Positions 34,303-48,995 of a DNA stretch of 64,000 nt are shown here, piece by piece; position 1 is the first letter of the stretch, and the number at the start of each line of letters is the position of its first letter. Source of the DNA: Babesia bigemina (taxonomy: Eukaryota); assembly GCF_000981445.1 (NCBI RefSeq), contig NC_027217.1:1054001-1118000 (forward strand), in the 5' to 3' direction. Made by a program: the position numbers and the translations under genes. The notes under the pieces were generated by a model. It was not told the origin of the DNA. It did not search any database and saw nothing but the letters and a program-made list of their open reading frames with translations.

Positions 34303-34842
34303 CGAGCTACAGCCCCTTTTTGGCGCAATGTCGAGTTATCGAGGTTTAAATGACTACATTTCAGCGGACAGCCGAAATCTGTCCCAGGTATGATTTCGTA
34401 ATAACGCCTTTGCTGGACCAAAACACTGACTCGAACATAAGAGGCGGGGAGTCAACACCCACTGCCTCATGACGGCCTGTTTACGCGTGAGGCAGCCGAC
34501 ATCGCGCGTATGGAAGTGGCGCGTTGAACTAGGGAGCCGCTCCCTGTTTTATCCAGACACTCAAAAATTCTCATTCAGCAATATCATCGGATATAAACTC
34601 GGGCGCAATAAGGCTGTGGAGACAGTTGCTTAGTGCTTTGTGGAAGTTCCTCCGTCAACCGCGATTACTGGCTGTAGGGATGGCTGAGAATTAGGCTAAG
34701 GTGTGTAATCGTGTTACTGGTACGCTAATCGCTTTCAAGAGCCCTCCGTTGGTTGCTGAGGGCCACGTTGTGCGCCCTTTCAGCTCGCCCTTGTCGCGTC
34801 GTTTTGTAGCAGTAGCTTCGGACACAGGGGTCTAAATCCACC

Positions 34843-36097
34843 ATGGGAAGTCACCAGAATCCGATGATACCGCCGGACATGCCGCCGATGATGCCGTACG
34901 ACATGAGCCTTTTCGAAGCGGCGGGCATGGTGCCGCCGATGTACGCCTTCCAGATGCCCCCAATGGGCATACCCGGCGTCCCAATCCCGCCACCGCCAGC
35001 ACCTCATCAGCTCGGCCTGGACGCTGAGGATTACCAGCTGGAAATGGCAGCAATGGCTGGGGAGATGATGTCGCAGGTCAAGTTCTGCCCGCCGCCGGTT
35101 GCGGCCCAATTTGTGGTTCCGCATCAGCCGCTTCCCCCGCAGTCCCTCGCAGCCGAGAGGCCTGACGTGCACCAGACGGTGGACTCGTACCTCGCTGCGG
35201 AGATAGCGTCAGTGGTCCACACGCTCACCACGTCGCAGCTGACGCACGCGCTCGCCGCATTCAAGATATTTTTCGAGAAATCCCCAACCAACGCGAAGAG
35301 GCTACTGATGAACAACCCCCAGCTGCTTTACGCGCTCATCCACGCGCAATACGTTCTGGGCAATAGCGACAAATCGCTGCTGCACTTGAGCAAGACTGAT
35401 CAGCAGATTGCCGCTTTGAATCGCAAGGAGCGACTTTCAACTGGTAGCGAGGCAGCTTCAAGCACGGAAGAGAGGTCTGAATCGGTTACTCGCCATACAG
35501 CCAAGCGGCACCGCTCGTCGACGCCCAACGAGGCTGCGGACGAAAAGGTGGATGCCCCGGCACCTGACGTGGAAACCGGTAAACTCGGCGGCTCTTCACG
35601 CCGTCGCGAGGGTAAGACGAAAGAAGGTAGCGTTCAGTCATCGCGACGTGGACCTAAAGTGCACAAAGACGGGGATTCGAGGTCGGCTGGGCACGCGACC
35701 TCACGCGCAGCTCCAACAGAGAGCCAGTCGGAGGACGTGGCGTCTCAGTCCAGGCCGGCAGAGAGACCTGTTCAGACTGCAGCAGAATCCGGCGCATCGC
35801 ATGCAGCTCAGTCCCAATCGCAGCCTGACACGCCGGCCCCGAAACCAGTTGCGATGGTTACTACCATTGAGCAGCTGATCAAGGAGGTTCAGCCTGCGCC
35901 GCCGATTTTGGTGGAAGAGGTGCTGAAGAACACGGAAATCCTCACCAAGTGAGTGTACATTGCGTATGTGCCCATTCGTTTGCAGCATACAGCGCGCGAC
36001 GCTAGCAGAGATGCAGTCGTGGCCAGCAGAGCAGCGCTTGCAGGTGATGTCTATCAAGCTCGCTCTTCACTACAGAGGAATTTCAATTCACTTGTAG
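34843..36097 (+). CDS. CstF-64/Rna15/Pti1-like protein with hinge and C-terminal domains but no visible RRM (2 exons)
   Basis: EIASVVHTLTTSQL...SPTNAKRLLMNNPQLLYALIHAQ matches the CSTF2 hinge (ARNMLLQNPQLAYALLQAQ). The spliced tail ATLAEMQSWPAEQRLQVMSIK matches CSTF_C (LTADQIAMLPPEQRQSILILK). Confidence 0.78.
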
Positions 36098-36128
36098 ATT
36101 CTGAGTCGAAAAACAGCTTACAACCACA

Positions 36129-38044
<1,916 letters not shown>

Positions 38045-38425
38045 CGCCTCCTCGTTTTCCCGTAGCCGCCATAATCTGTAATTTACGAACGTGTTTCAAT
38101 AAGTTATCCACGAATGAAGGGTATATTGAATTAGCGCCACGGTGAGCTGTCCAATGGCCAGCCTTCTGGTGCGGCTCGTGCGGGTGTAATATGCTGGCGT
38201 GTAGGTGCATTGTACTGATGGGCAGTACACGCTGTTCGGCGTAGTTCGTTCACTTACGCGTGAATTTCTGCCACGGGCGAAACTTGTATATTAACGGTTT
38301 CGTGGTTCGGTAGGCAGCCTCTTACACATCGCTGATGTGTAGCTCGGAAGGCTGACGTCTTTCGATCATGAATGCAGTTTCCCAAAGCCGCCGCAACGGA
38401 GCATATAAATTAATCTGACACCACA

Positions 38426-39871
38426 ATGAAGTCCACTGCTGTCTGCAAGTATGACAAGATAGCGCACGAAATTTTCGCCGCTACGCTACGAGCTCCGTCC
38501 ACGTCTCCCCGCGACCAGGAGCCCGATTCGCGTCGTTTGCACTACGGTGACCTCGTAGCTCGATTGGCAAACCGTATCTCCGACGAGAAGACACTGAAGC
38601 TGAACCTGCTTCTTCTGCCTCAGTTTACCAGGGTGCCTGCGGTGGAGGAGGAGTTCCTTAAAGCTGCGATCCCGTTCCTCACCTGCGCCGCACGCCCCTA
38701 CAACAGCAAGCATGCCCTGGATAACGGAGCCGCGATATTGCAAAAATGGGCGGACGCAGGGATCGGCAAAGACATTATCACGTCAGGAGACCTTACGGAG
38801 CTGCTGATATCACCTCAAGCCTTCAAGAACACACTTCTGAAGCTGCTAAGCGGTAAATCCGACGACAACCGTGTCGTCAACATGCGCAAACAAGTGATTG
38901 GCGTTTCGTGGTCTCCGTGTATGGACGAAAACGACGCATCTGCGGAGGCCGAGGATGGCGACGCAGCGGAGTGCACCTTCCACCCCAAGCTTAACAAGTA
39001 TCCCGGGTACCTAAGGAAAGCCCCTAAATTGGCGCATGCTAAGGCAACTTTGGCACGCCAATCGGATCACACATTGGATCTTTCGCCTTGTGGATTTTAT
39101 GTAGACCCACATGATCAGGGGTCTAAGCAAATCGCTCGCAACCACGACGGGGAGGTTGACTACGGCTCACCCTATAACAAAGTGTGCCCATTTGGCACCA
39201 CCAGGTTTAATTGCGACATGGCATCCACAATCAGATTTCCTACGGAGCTTTTGGGCGCACCCGCTTCGAAGGTGGCCGACAGCCCTACGCGCATCCTTTT
39301 GAAACCTTTCGGCAAACCTCACAAAAATGCAGCAGAGAAACGAGTCACAATACTGGATGCTAAATGCGCTCAGGAATGTGATGTGCTAAACATAGATGAG
39401 AAAATTGAAGAAATTATGAATAGTCTCCCATCAATAGCGCGGATCTCGCCTCCACATGCAAATGACACGGAGGGGCGTTCCTCGTTGGGTTTCGTCGCTC
39501 CGCAACGCCATCGTCTATGTAGCTCCAACGTCGATTCGTATGAACGACCGAGCTACGGGCCCACGACATGGCAAGACAAACTCCGAGGCGGGTACGTGAG
39601 CAGCGGAATGCGGTTTTCGCAAAACAGCAACTATCAGTCCCCGTCATCGCCGTTCTCCACAAGGAACGCCGGCTCGCTAAAGCAGTGCGATTATATCCTC
39701 CCACGCAGCTTCGGCATTCCCATCTTCAAGAACTCGCCAGCGGCGGGTTCTCATCATAATGAAGTCTACGCACCTCAAAAGGCAAAAATTGGGCAGCATA
39801 GCAACCCGCTGGACGTCATAGAAGCTCAGTTGGCGCAGCTGCCAGTAAATCTCAGGCAGATTTTGCGCTGA
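38426..39871 (+). CDS. Hypothetical protein, 481 aa
   Basis: Long single-exon ORF with a helical-looking N-terminal half and an ECTFHPKLN motif. No family recognised. Confidence 0.7.
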   Translation: MKSTAVCKYDKIAHEIFAATLRAPSTSPRDQEPDSRRLHYGDLVARLANRISDEKTLKLNLLLLPQFTRVPAVEEEFLKAAIPFLTCAARPYNSKHALDNGAAILQKWADAGIGKDIITSGDLTELLISPQAFKNTLLKLLSGKSDDNRVVNMRKQVIGVSWSPCMDENDASAEAEDGDAAECTFHPKLNKYPGYLRKAPKLAHAKATLARQSDHTLDLSPCGFYVDPHDQGSKQIARNHDGEVDYGSPYNKVCPFGTTRFNCDMASTIRFPTELLGAPASKVADSPTRILLKPFGKPHKNAAEKRVTILDAKCAQECDVLNIDEKIEEIMNSLPSIARISPPHANDTEGRSSLGFVAPQRHRLCSSNVDSYERPSYGPTTWQDKLRGGYVSSGMRFSQNSNYQSPSSPFSTRNAGSLKQCDYILPRSFGIPIFKNSPAAGSHHNEVYAPQKAKIGQHSNPLDVIEAQLAQLPVNLRQILR

Positions 39872-40228
39872 TGACTAGCTGCCGTTGCGGAGGTGTCATT
39901 GCAGCCACCGATGCAGGGCAATACGACGCCGGTGCACCCGAATAACGTGTCGCGTCAAGAACAAGGTATGCAGTCACTGTACAACACACACGCAAAGTGT
40001 CACGTTGCTTCCATTAAGGTTTAGAGTTCGCTACATGAGTGTACATGAGCGCTCCGAAGAGTCGGCTATTTAAAATTCCGCAGTCGTGTCGTTGACGACG
40101 TGCTCGCACATATTAGAAGGCATGCTTAAGCTTAACAAATACGGACCCTTGTGGGCCACTTGCTCTGCATTTACCAAGTAATTCGTGTCAGCACACGATT
40201 AACAGAACACGGCTATGGCATCAGCACA

Positions 40229-41976
<1,748 letters not shown>

Positions 41977-42744
41977 TTAGTAGACTCAACAAAGATGTCT
42001 TGTGAGTAGACCCGCAGCAGCAACACGGATTGTAAAATCTAGTAGTGCGTTACTGCTATATATGTTATTGAGCGACTTTCGAAAGCGCGAACAGGCCGTT
42101 GAGCTGCTGAGACTGTCGAACCAGTTCCACGCCTATGGTTTGCCTGTTGCCAGGGTTCTGTGTGACGTTACTCAAGCGATACCTGTGGAAGGATCAGAAC
42201 TCCGCGCGCCACGAGCTGAGACGAAGGAGCTAGCACGAGTAATATCATAAACTGCCAGATGACAACAACATAGACTGCGCAATCTTTGTGGCTCTAACAT
42301 ATATCGCACTACTTGTATTGCTGGCGGTAAAACTACAACTGAAAAAACAGCTGAGTTTCAGATGGGGTAGATTATTCTCGTGACCCCAGGGAATCTTTTT
42401 TCAATCCTCGTGGCACGCTGCGCGCGAGGATTGTCCTACGCTTCCATCGCCGGTCACGGTCGGTGAGTATTGCGATTAAACTAGCCCAGCGCTTCTTACA
42501 CATTTCGCTGGCACGAACGCTGTAGACACGTCGGCGAACGACACTACGCGACGCGCCATTACGGGAATACTGACACTATAAAAACACGAAACTTCGAATT
42601 TACGACGTGTGCACTTATTTGTGTTTAATGTTACGTGTTTAACTGTCTGTAGGGGCTCGGAAAATCGGCATTTCGCCACGCCGACAGCGCAGGTAGTTGG
42701 AGGGCTCGGTGTGGCGGTGTAGACGGCTTCAAACAGCGTAAATA

Positions 42745-43716
42745 TCATTTCTTGGCCCCAAGCATCGCGGTTAGAGTGTTGAGCTGGTTCAGCCAATCTC
42801 GGCGCTCTGCTCAAGAGGTGTTATCGTGTGTGTCCGCGCCTACCTTCCGGCTGTTGCGGCTCGGCCTTATCGGCACTTTCCTCCTGTGTTGGACTGGTAG
42901 ACGGCACGGCAATGCCGATCAACCTGTTCAATTTGTCATGTGTAAGCCGAAACCTACGTGGAATCCCCTCCGCCATGCGGGGCGTGTGTCTTAAACAGCT
43001 CAGTGCCTGGAGCGCACACGTAAATATTGGTGTCCTCGTCCAGCGTTGCTACGCCGATCTATCAACATATGAATCGCCTCACCACGGCTCCTTACCCTGT
43101 CTTTGTCTTGGAAGTAGGTGATGTAGTCCTCCAGGGCCCGCTGTTGTTCGGGCCTTCGCGCCTTCATATAGAACACTGTGGCTATTAGCAAAACAATTCT
43201 GCGTTACCGTACCTGCTATTGGCTCCACTTTAGCCGCATCTTCGCACTTGAGCCTGTGGGTGATGTTGATTGTATTCACGTCCTGCGTACAGTTAATAGC
43301 AAGGGTGGAGCAACAACCTTGGTCAATACGGCCTCTGGTTGTCCGCTGATTGCAATGGCAATGGTATCCACCAGCTTCTTGCCATTTCTCGCAATCTTCC
43401 CTCTCCATATGGGCTGCGTTTGCTTCTCAGGAGCTTTGTGGGAGGCAGCATTGTCGCTGAAGCGATTGTACGCGACGTTGGAAGAAGGTTCTGTGGAGCC
43501 ATTATATCTCGGCATTAAAAACCAGTTAGACATACCACGCTCGCTTCTTGAGGTGTCAGCGTATTGTTGATCGTTTCTCTGCCTGCCTCTATCGTGGTAA
43601 TGTCGGCCTTCCCCGCGGTCGCCGTGCGATGTGTAGGAAGATGGCGAAGTGCTGCGCGGTCTCTCGAAGATGTGCGGAGCTTGAGTCCTTAAAAAATCAC
43701 ATAGCCGTATCTCCAT
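42745..43716 (-). CDS. Small stand-alone SPOC-domain protein (6 exons)
   Basis: Spliced IWRGKIARNGKKLVDTIAIAISG...INITHRLK...LEDYITYFQDKDR|IGVA...IYVCAPG...LIGIAV resembles the FPA/Spen SPOC fold (IWRGMIAKGG...FLRYLSSKDRAGVA). The start codon is uncertain. Confidence 0.72.
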
Positions 43717-43888
43717 TTTTAACAAATTAACCAGGAAGAAATGCCAGGTGAATACCCAAAACGACCTTCTAAACCCCGACTTGACGCGCCTACACAACAT
43801 CGCGCGTGTCTACGCGGCCATTTGAAGCGACAATAATAGCAATGAGTTCCAATATTTTGAGACGTAAAATAATTATGTAAACTATATT

Positions 43889-44960
43889 TTACTGTCGTTG
43901 AGTGGCCAACGCATCAGTGTTCTTCGTACAAAACCGAATTACAGAGAGCGTCTCCCCGAGCAGTTTCTTGGTAATAATGACCTGTCGCATATGCTAGGCT
44001 TTGGAGGGTCGTGCTAAACCCACTTGTGCGTCGAACCCTTGTTTTTCTATGAATTGCAGAACGCTGTTCACATCATTGCGCTTCTCAACCAGCTGCGCAA
44101 ATTGAGCGTCGACTGCATGTTGCCTTACCAGGTACACTGTTCCGTTGTGCGATAAGTATTCCTGCGTTACACGTATCGGCGTTGCGCAGGTGCAATAAAC
44201 GTACTTTGACAGAACCGATGAACCTATCGGTGACCTCCCTTCCCATAGCTCCGCCGTTCCATGCCATGTCCAAACATTCGTTCGCCGTTTCGTCGCCATC
44301 AGACGGTACATATGGCTGCATAGATTCGTAAATTGCTGGCATCAATGCGATATCAGAAAGTGCATAGTGTATCGTAGCAGATCGCCATGCAACGGCAACG
44401 CATGCTTGACTTACTGGGTTGAACATGACAACGTCCACCATTTTCCTGCTTGCACGGCAGTTGAGTGATGCGAACATGTCCATGCCTACTGCATCGGCTT
44501 TCTCGGCAACTCCGTTGCTATTAAGAGTTTGCATGGTAGCGGCATTGGCAAACGGGTTGATGTCGACGGCGATGACGAACGGTGGGGAATATTTGCAGGA
44601 TGGCGCACAGACGCTTCGCTCTACATCATATGCACCTTCAGCGCATTGATAATATCCGTCGTCTCGTCTGTGGGTTGCACGGACGGCACCTGTTTCCCCG
44701 TTGTCGCAAAGTAGCTTCAGAAGGTACGCCGATATGTAGCCACTACCTGACCTGCAGTTTATATAAGTGGATACTTCCTGCTTTCTCTACCCTATTTCCA
44801 TGACAACAGCAATCTCTCGGCGGCGCAGGTGTTCGATGTCGCTCTGGAGAGCGTCGACGAAAAGGAATGTGTCTTGACATGGACAGTACACAGTGTCTTT
44901 GAACTCTCCAATCTCAACGTGCGCATAATCGACGTTAATGCGTCCGACGTTAGCTGCCAT
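43889..44960 (-). CDS. N6AMT1: HEMK2/N6AMT1 (Mtq2) eRF1 glutamine methyltransferase (spliced)
   Basis: VYCPCQDTFLFVDAL, MEIG|SGSG, AVDINPFA, VMFNP|PYVPS (NPPY split by an intron) and AWNGGAMGREVTDRF. Confidence 0.9.
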
Positions 44961-45191
44961 ATTGAGTGGAATCCCTCAAACTTTAAAGAGAAAATGATTT
45001 CATACACCGAACGAGTCTTCTAACGTACACATACATTAGCTTAGACTGGTAATCATTTTAAACTAGATATATAAGTTAAATGGAATCTTTATTATTACTG
45101 AGGAAGAGGCTATGTTGAGGCGTCAAAACACCCCTGCGTATACGTAGAAATACGCTTCTGTACCACAAGCTGCAACGTTTAATATACGATA

Positions 45192-45782
45192 TTATAGCGA
45201 ATTGCGTGTTTCATGTATTCCCAATACCATTTTTGCTCTTTCAAATGGCAGATGGGCATCCGCGTCAAACCGATAGGTAACAACAATGTTCAAATACGTC
45301 TGGGCCAGACACCCTGAGATACGACAGGTTTTCCTAATTTTTCTTTACGGCTGCTTGCTCCTGCTTGAGCAGGGTTCTCTCGATTTCATCGCGCTAAGCA
45401 AACATTAGTAATCGCCAGGAGGCATTGATAACGCACAATCCCATGAAAATTCTAGCCAATAAACACCTACCAACATGCAGTGATGTAGCCAAGTGAACCT
45501 ATCCGAGACGATTTCTTCCATATTTAGCTTCTTGTAGCGGCGTGTCCAGTATGCTTGCTGCGAACATAATAAGGCGGCGTGGCAATAAGATATTTTCATA
45601 ATAACCCGCAGATGTCATATAACAGGTTTCAGAAGCTAGCTCATAGTCAAAATCGTACCTTAACAGCGTTGTAGATATACGGAGATGCGAGGAGGCCGAC
45701 GCAAGCTACACCCAGTAGCCGGCTTCCATGTTTAGGGTTGAGACCCGGCATCGTGATATAGCAGCAATTATGCTATAATTTA
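45192..45782 (-). CDS. Probable small spliced single-TM protein of unknown function
   Basis: Exons join to ...KHGSRLLGVACVGLLASPYIYNAVK|QAYWTRRYKKLNMEEIVSDRFTWLHHCML|RDEIERTLLKQEQ... through GT-AG introns. The start exon and 3' end are not resolved. Confidence 0.45.
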
Positions 45783-46356
45783 TTGTGACGTTTGGCTCTG
45801 CGTTCTCAATATGTAAGTGGGTCCAACCATGCTGCAGACCCTACATATTAGTGTAGTCTCAAGAGTGAGTCTAATCGTACACAATTTATAGCATATATAC
45901 CAACACGAAGTAGCATAGAATCTGCGAATAAATCTGCTGTATCATATTTGTTACTAACGGATGGTATTTATATCCTGAAGTTGGTTACACATTTTGGAGA
46001 GGCTTGTCTTCCTTACACATCATCCTTTGCCCATTTTAACACATAGAGACCCAACGTTTTAAATATGCATAGATACTCCGAAACACATGAGAATGGCATC
46101 ACTTCAAACAGCAAACTGTATCATCAACTCTGGAATCGTTGATGATTTCGTCCGCGCCAGCCATTATAGAAATCGCCGAGTGTCGTTTTAAAAACAATGC
46201 TGCTCACACATACGCGATATGTAGCTTCATCACTGAGATTTTGGGTATAAAACCTGCATTATTCCATCATGGGAGCGTTGCTATGAGGTGGATTCCTGCC
46301 GCAGCCACTGCAGAGTTTGGGTGACTACTTGCTGTTTACGCATCGTTATCGCAAAA

Positions 46357-48619
46357 ATGGCGCAATTTCGTAGTTTACAGTTAATGAAGTGTGCCACTAA
46401 GCTCTTGTGTCGCAGAGAAGGCTGCAGGGAGATCGCTACCCAAACTGCTGCAGTGCCGTTGGTAAGGACGGCGCCGGTTTCGCGCTCCGACTGGGAGAGG
46501 AGCAGACGCAACACAGAGGAACCGTACTCCCACACGGGCGACTTTGAGGCTGAAAGCAGGCGGGTAATCTTCAGAAACCAAAAAGGTTTCGGAAGACCTC
46601 ACACCCATAAGACTAAGATTGGTACTAATTTCATCGCAAAGCTGCAGGTGAGCCCCTTGGATAAATACGTGTTGGCATATTAATGGCAGAGTGTGTCGTC
46701 GAACACCCCAAAGGAGGAGCTGCGGTTGTTGCTGATGAAGATATCACAACATATTGATGAGTTCAATGAGTACGAGCTGGTGGACATCGGGTACTACCTG
46801 ACGCGGGTCAACAGCGAAGATTGTGCATCGGTTGTCGAGCCGATACTACACCGCTTCTTTTCGCTACCTGAACGGCATTCGTGCCTGAATGGCGTTTACA
46901 TACACAGGTGGGTTGGCCGCTATGAGCTGTCACAAAACGCCAGATTACTGAGGACCATGTTCATATACCAGGACGTGACCTACCGTGTGTGGGTATATGA
47001 AGTGGCCCAGATCGTGGGCACGAAGCACCGGCATCTTTTGATGCGAGACGTCCAGCTTGTGATTGACGACCTCTCACTATTCTACGACGCGGCCGCACAG
47101 GGCGCGCTCAAGAAGTTCGAGGATGTCATACTACGTCGAGCGCACGAGTTAGAAATCGGGAGACTCCCTTTGGTGATCCACGCGCTTGGTAGGTTACTGC
47201 ACTGCAGCGGCTGACGATATTAACCCATCTCAATTTTGCGCAGGGCGGTCGGGGTACAACACCATAGAAGTCGCAAGGGCGATACATAACGTGTACATGA
47301 AGAAAAAAGGGCACCCAGATTTCTATCTGTGTCATTTGATTGGCCTTTTGCTGAAAGGGTACACCACATTCCATTTTCACCCTGGGAAAGCGTTCTTGGA
47401 CGACGCGTGGGAGCACTTGAAGGATGGCATAAAGACAGCGGAGTTCAAGTACATCTCTTGGTTGGCCGAATCGTTTCTAAAGTTGCGCTATGTTGAACAT
47501 GCGCCAACAGTATTAGATGAGCTCCTCGAAAAGCAGCACCTACTGAGCCACCTGGAGTTCACCGACTTCATATCCGGCTGTTGGTCGATTCAATCGTACA
47601 TACTCTCCGAAGAGTTTCGCAAGTACGTGGTCCCCGGAACAGAATGGCAGTTGGCTGGTAACGGTGGTGAACAGAGTCCGACCTACGAAACAACATCGGG
47701 AACTATAACGACCTTGTATGCGTACTACAAGAAGTTGTTGCGCGCCATTGTTGATGGCATGTCTAGCAAGATATACAACTCCACGCCACCCTACCGGGCC
47801 ACACAGTTTGAGTTGCTTACAAGGCTGCTTGTAATCTACCCCAACCCGCGTGACTTCAGGACGATTCTGCCGCTCAGAAAGTTCGACGCGGTCTACCCGA
47901 TAATGCAACTCCCATCAGAGGAAGAACCGCATGTAGGTAGTGTTGATTTTATATTTAGGAATCACACCCACCTCCAAGCATCACGTTTTTTTGGCGATGG
48001 CCACAACTTGAATGACGCATTAAAGGCCACCGAAGAGTCCTGCCAGAAATACAACGACGGCAACACACAGACGGTTAATTCAGCTGAATCGATATCGGAA
48101 AATCCGCTGTGTTGGGATGTGGAACCTGAGCTGAAGCCACTCCCGAACCTGTTGAAGCAGTACCTTCATTCCCTATTTTTCAGGACGCCGGCGCTTGCTC
48201 CCAGGGGTATCCGCATATTGATGCAGGGCCTTGTGCGCATACACTTTGAAAAGCGTGAGGACTGCGTAATGGAGCCTGATTTATTGCCGCCGATGAAGAC
48301 AGCCTACCACAGTCGTCCCTTTTCGCGCGCTATTATTCGCGAGGTGTACCGTAAGCTGGCATGCTACAATACTGACGATTTACTGGTAACCCTGTACTGC
48401 ATGTTCCCCCTCCGGATGTTCGAGTTGGATCTCGCGCCAACACTCTTATCGCAGCTCACCGGGATGTGGGTACACCAGTTAAGGGAAGATGCGTTGACTC
48501 CAGATCAAAGACGCCTGATACGGTTGTTCTACGACACGCTTAAGGGGAATGCAGCCGACCAATACGACCGACTAGACAAGCATAGTATAGAAAGCATCAT
48601 GCGGGATATAGAAGACTGA
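46357..48619 (+). CDS. Probable mitochondrial helical-repeat (HPR-like) protein (spliced)
   Basis: Basic presequence-like MAQFRSLQLMKCATKLLCRR. Three ORF-track segments are joined by short introns. Degenerate helical repeats (IDEFNEYELVDIGYYL, AHELEIGRLPLVIHALG|RSGY). The family assignment is tentative. Confidence 0.6.
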
Positions 48620-48995
48620 CTAATTTGCTATCACTAATATTTTTTTGAACGTTGACGTAACATTCCGTTCGGCAGTCGATAGCAGATCTGCACCTCTACG
48701 TGAAATGATCAACCACATAAGGTAACACGTAATCGTTTGTACAGTTGCTAAGCATCCTCGAATTCGTAGAGCAGCATGCTATAGTGACCCTTTCGTGGGT
48801 GCTATTGCACCAATCTGAATTACGTACAGCGCACAAGGAATCACATAGGAAGGCTGTAACATACAATATTAATTTGTTATGTCAACTTCAACGTACAAAT
48901 GATTCGTTGCACGGGTGTGGGTCTCCGTGATACGCACAACGTGCTCCAGCATGTGCTATTACAAAGGAGCACACAACTACAAACGCGAAATAAAA

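Noticed and set aside
42455..42472. Minus-strand ATACTCACC resembling the U1 snRNA 5' end
   Set aside because: No U1-70K loop, U1A loop (ATTGCAC) or Sm site follows.
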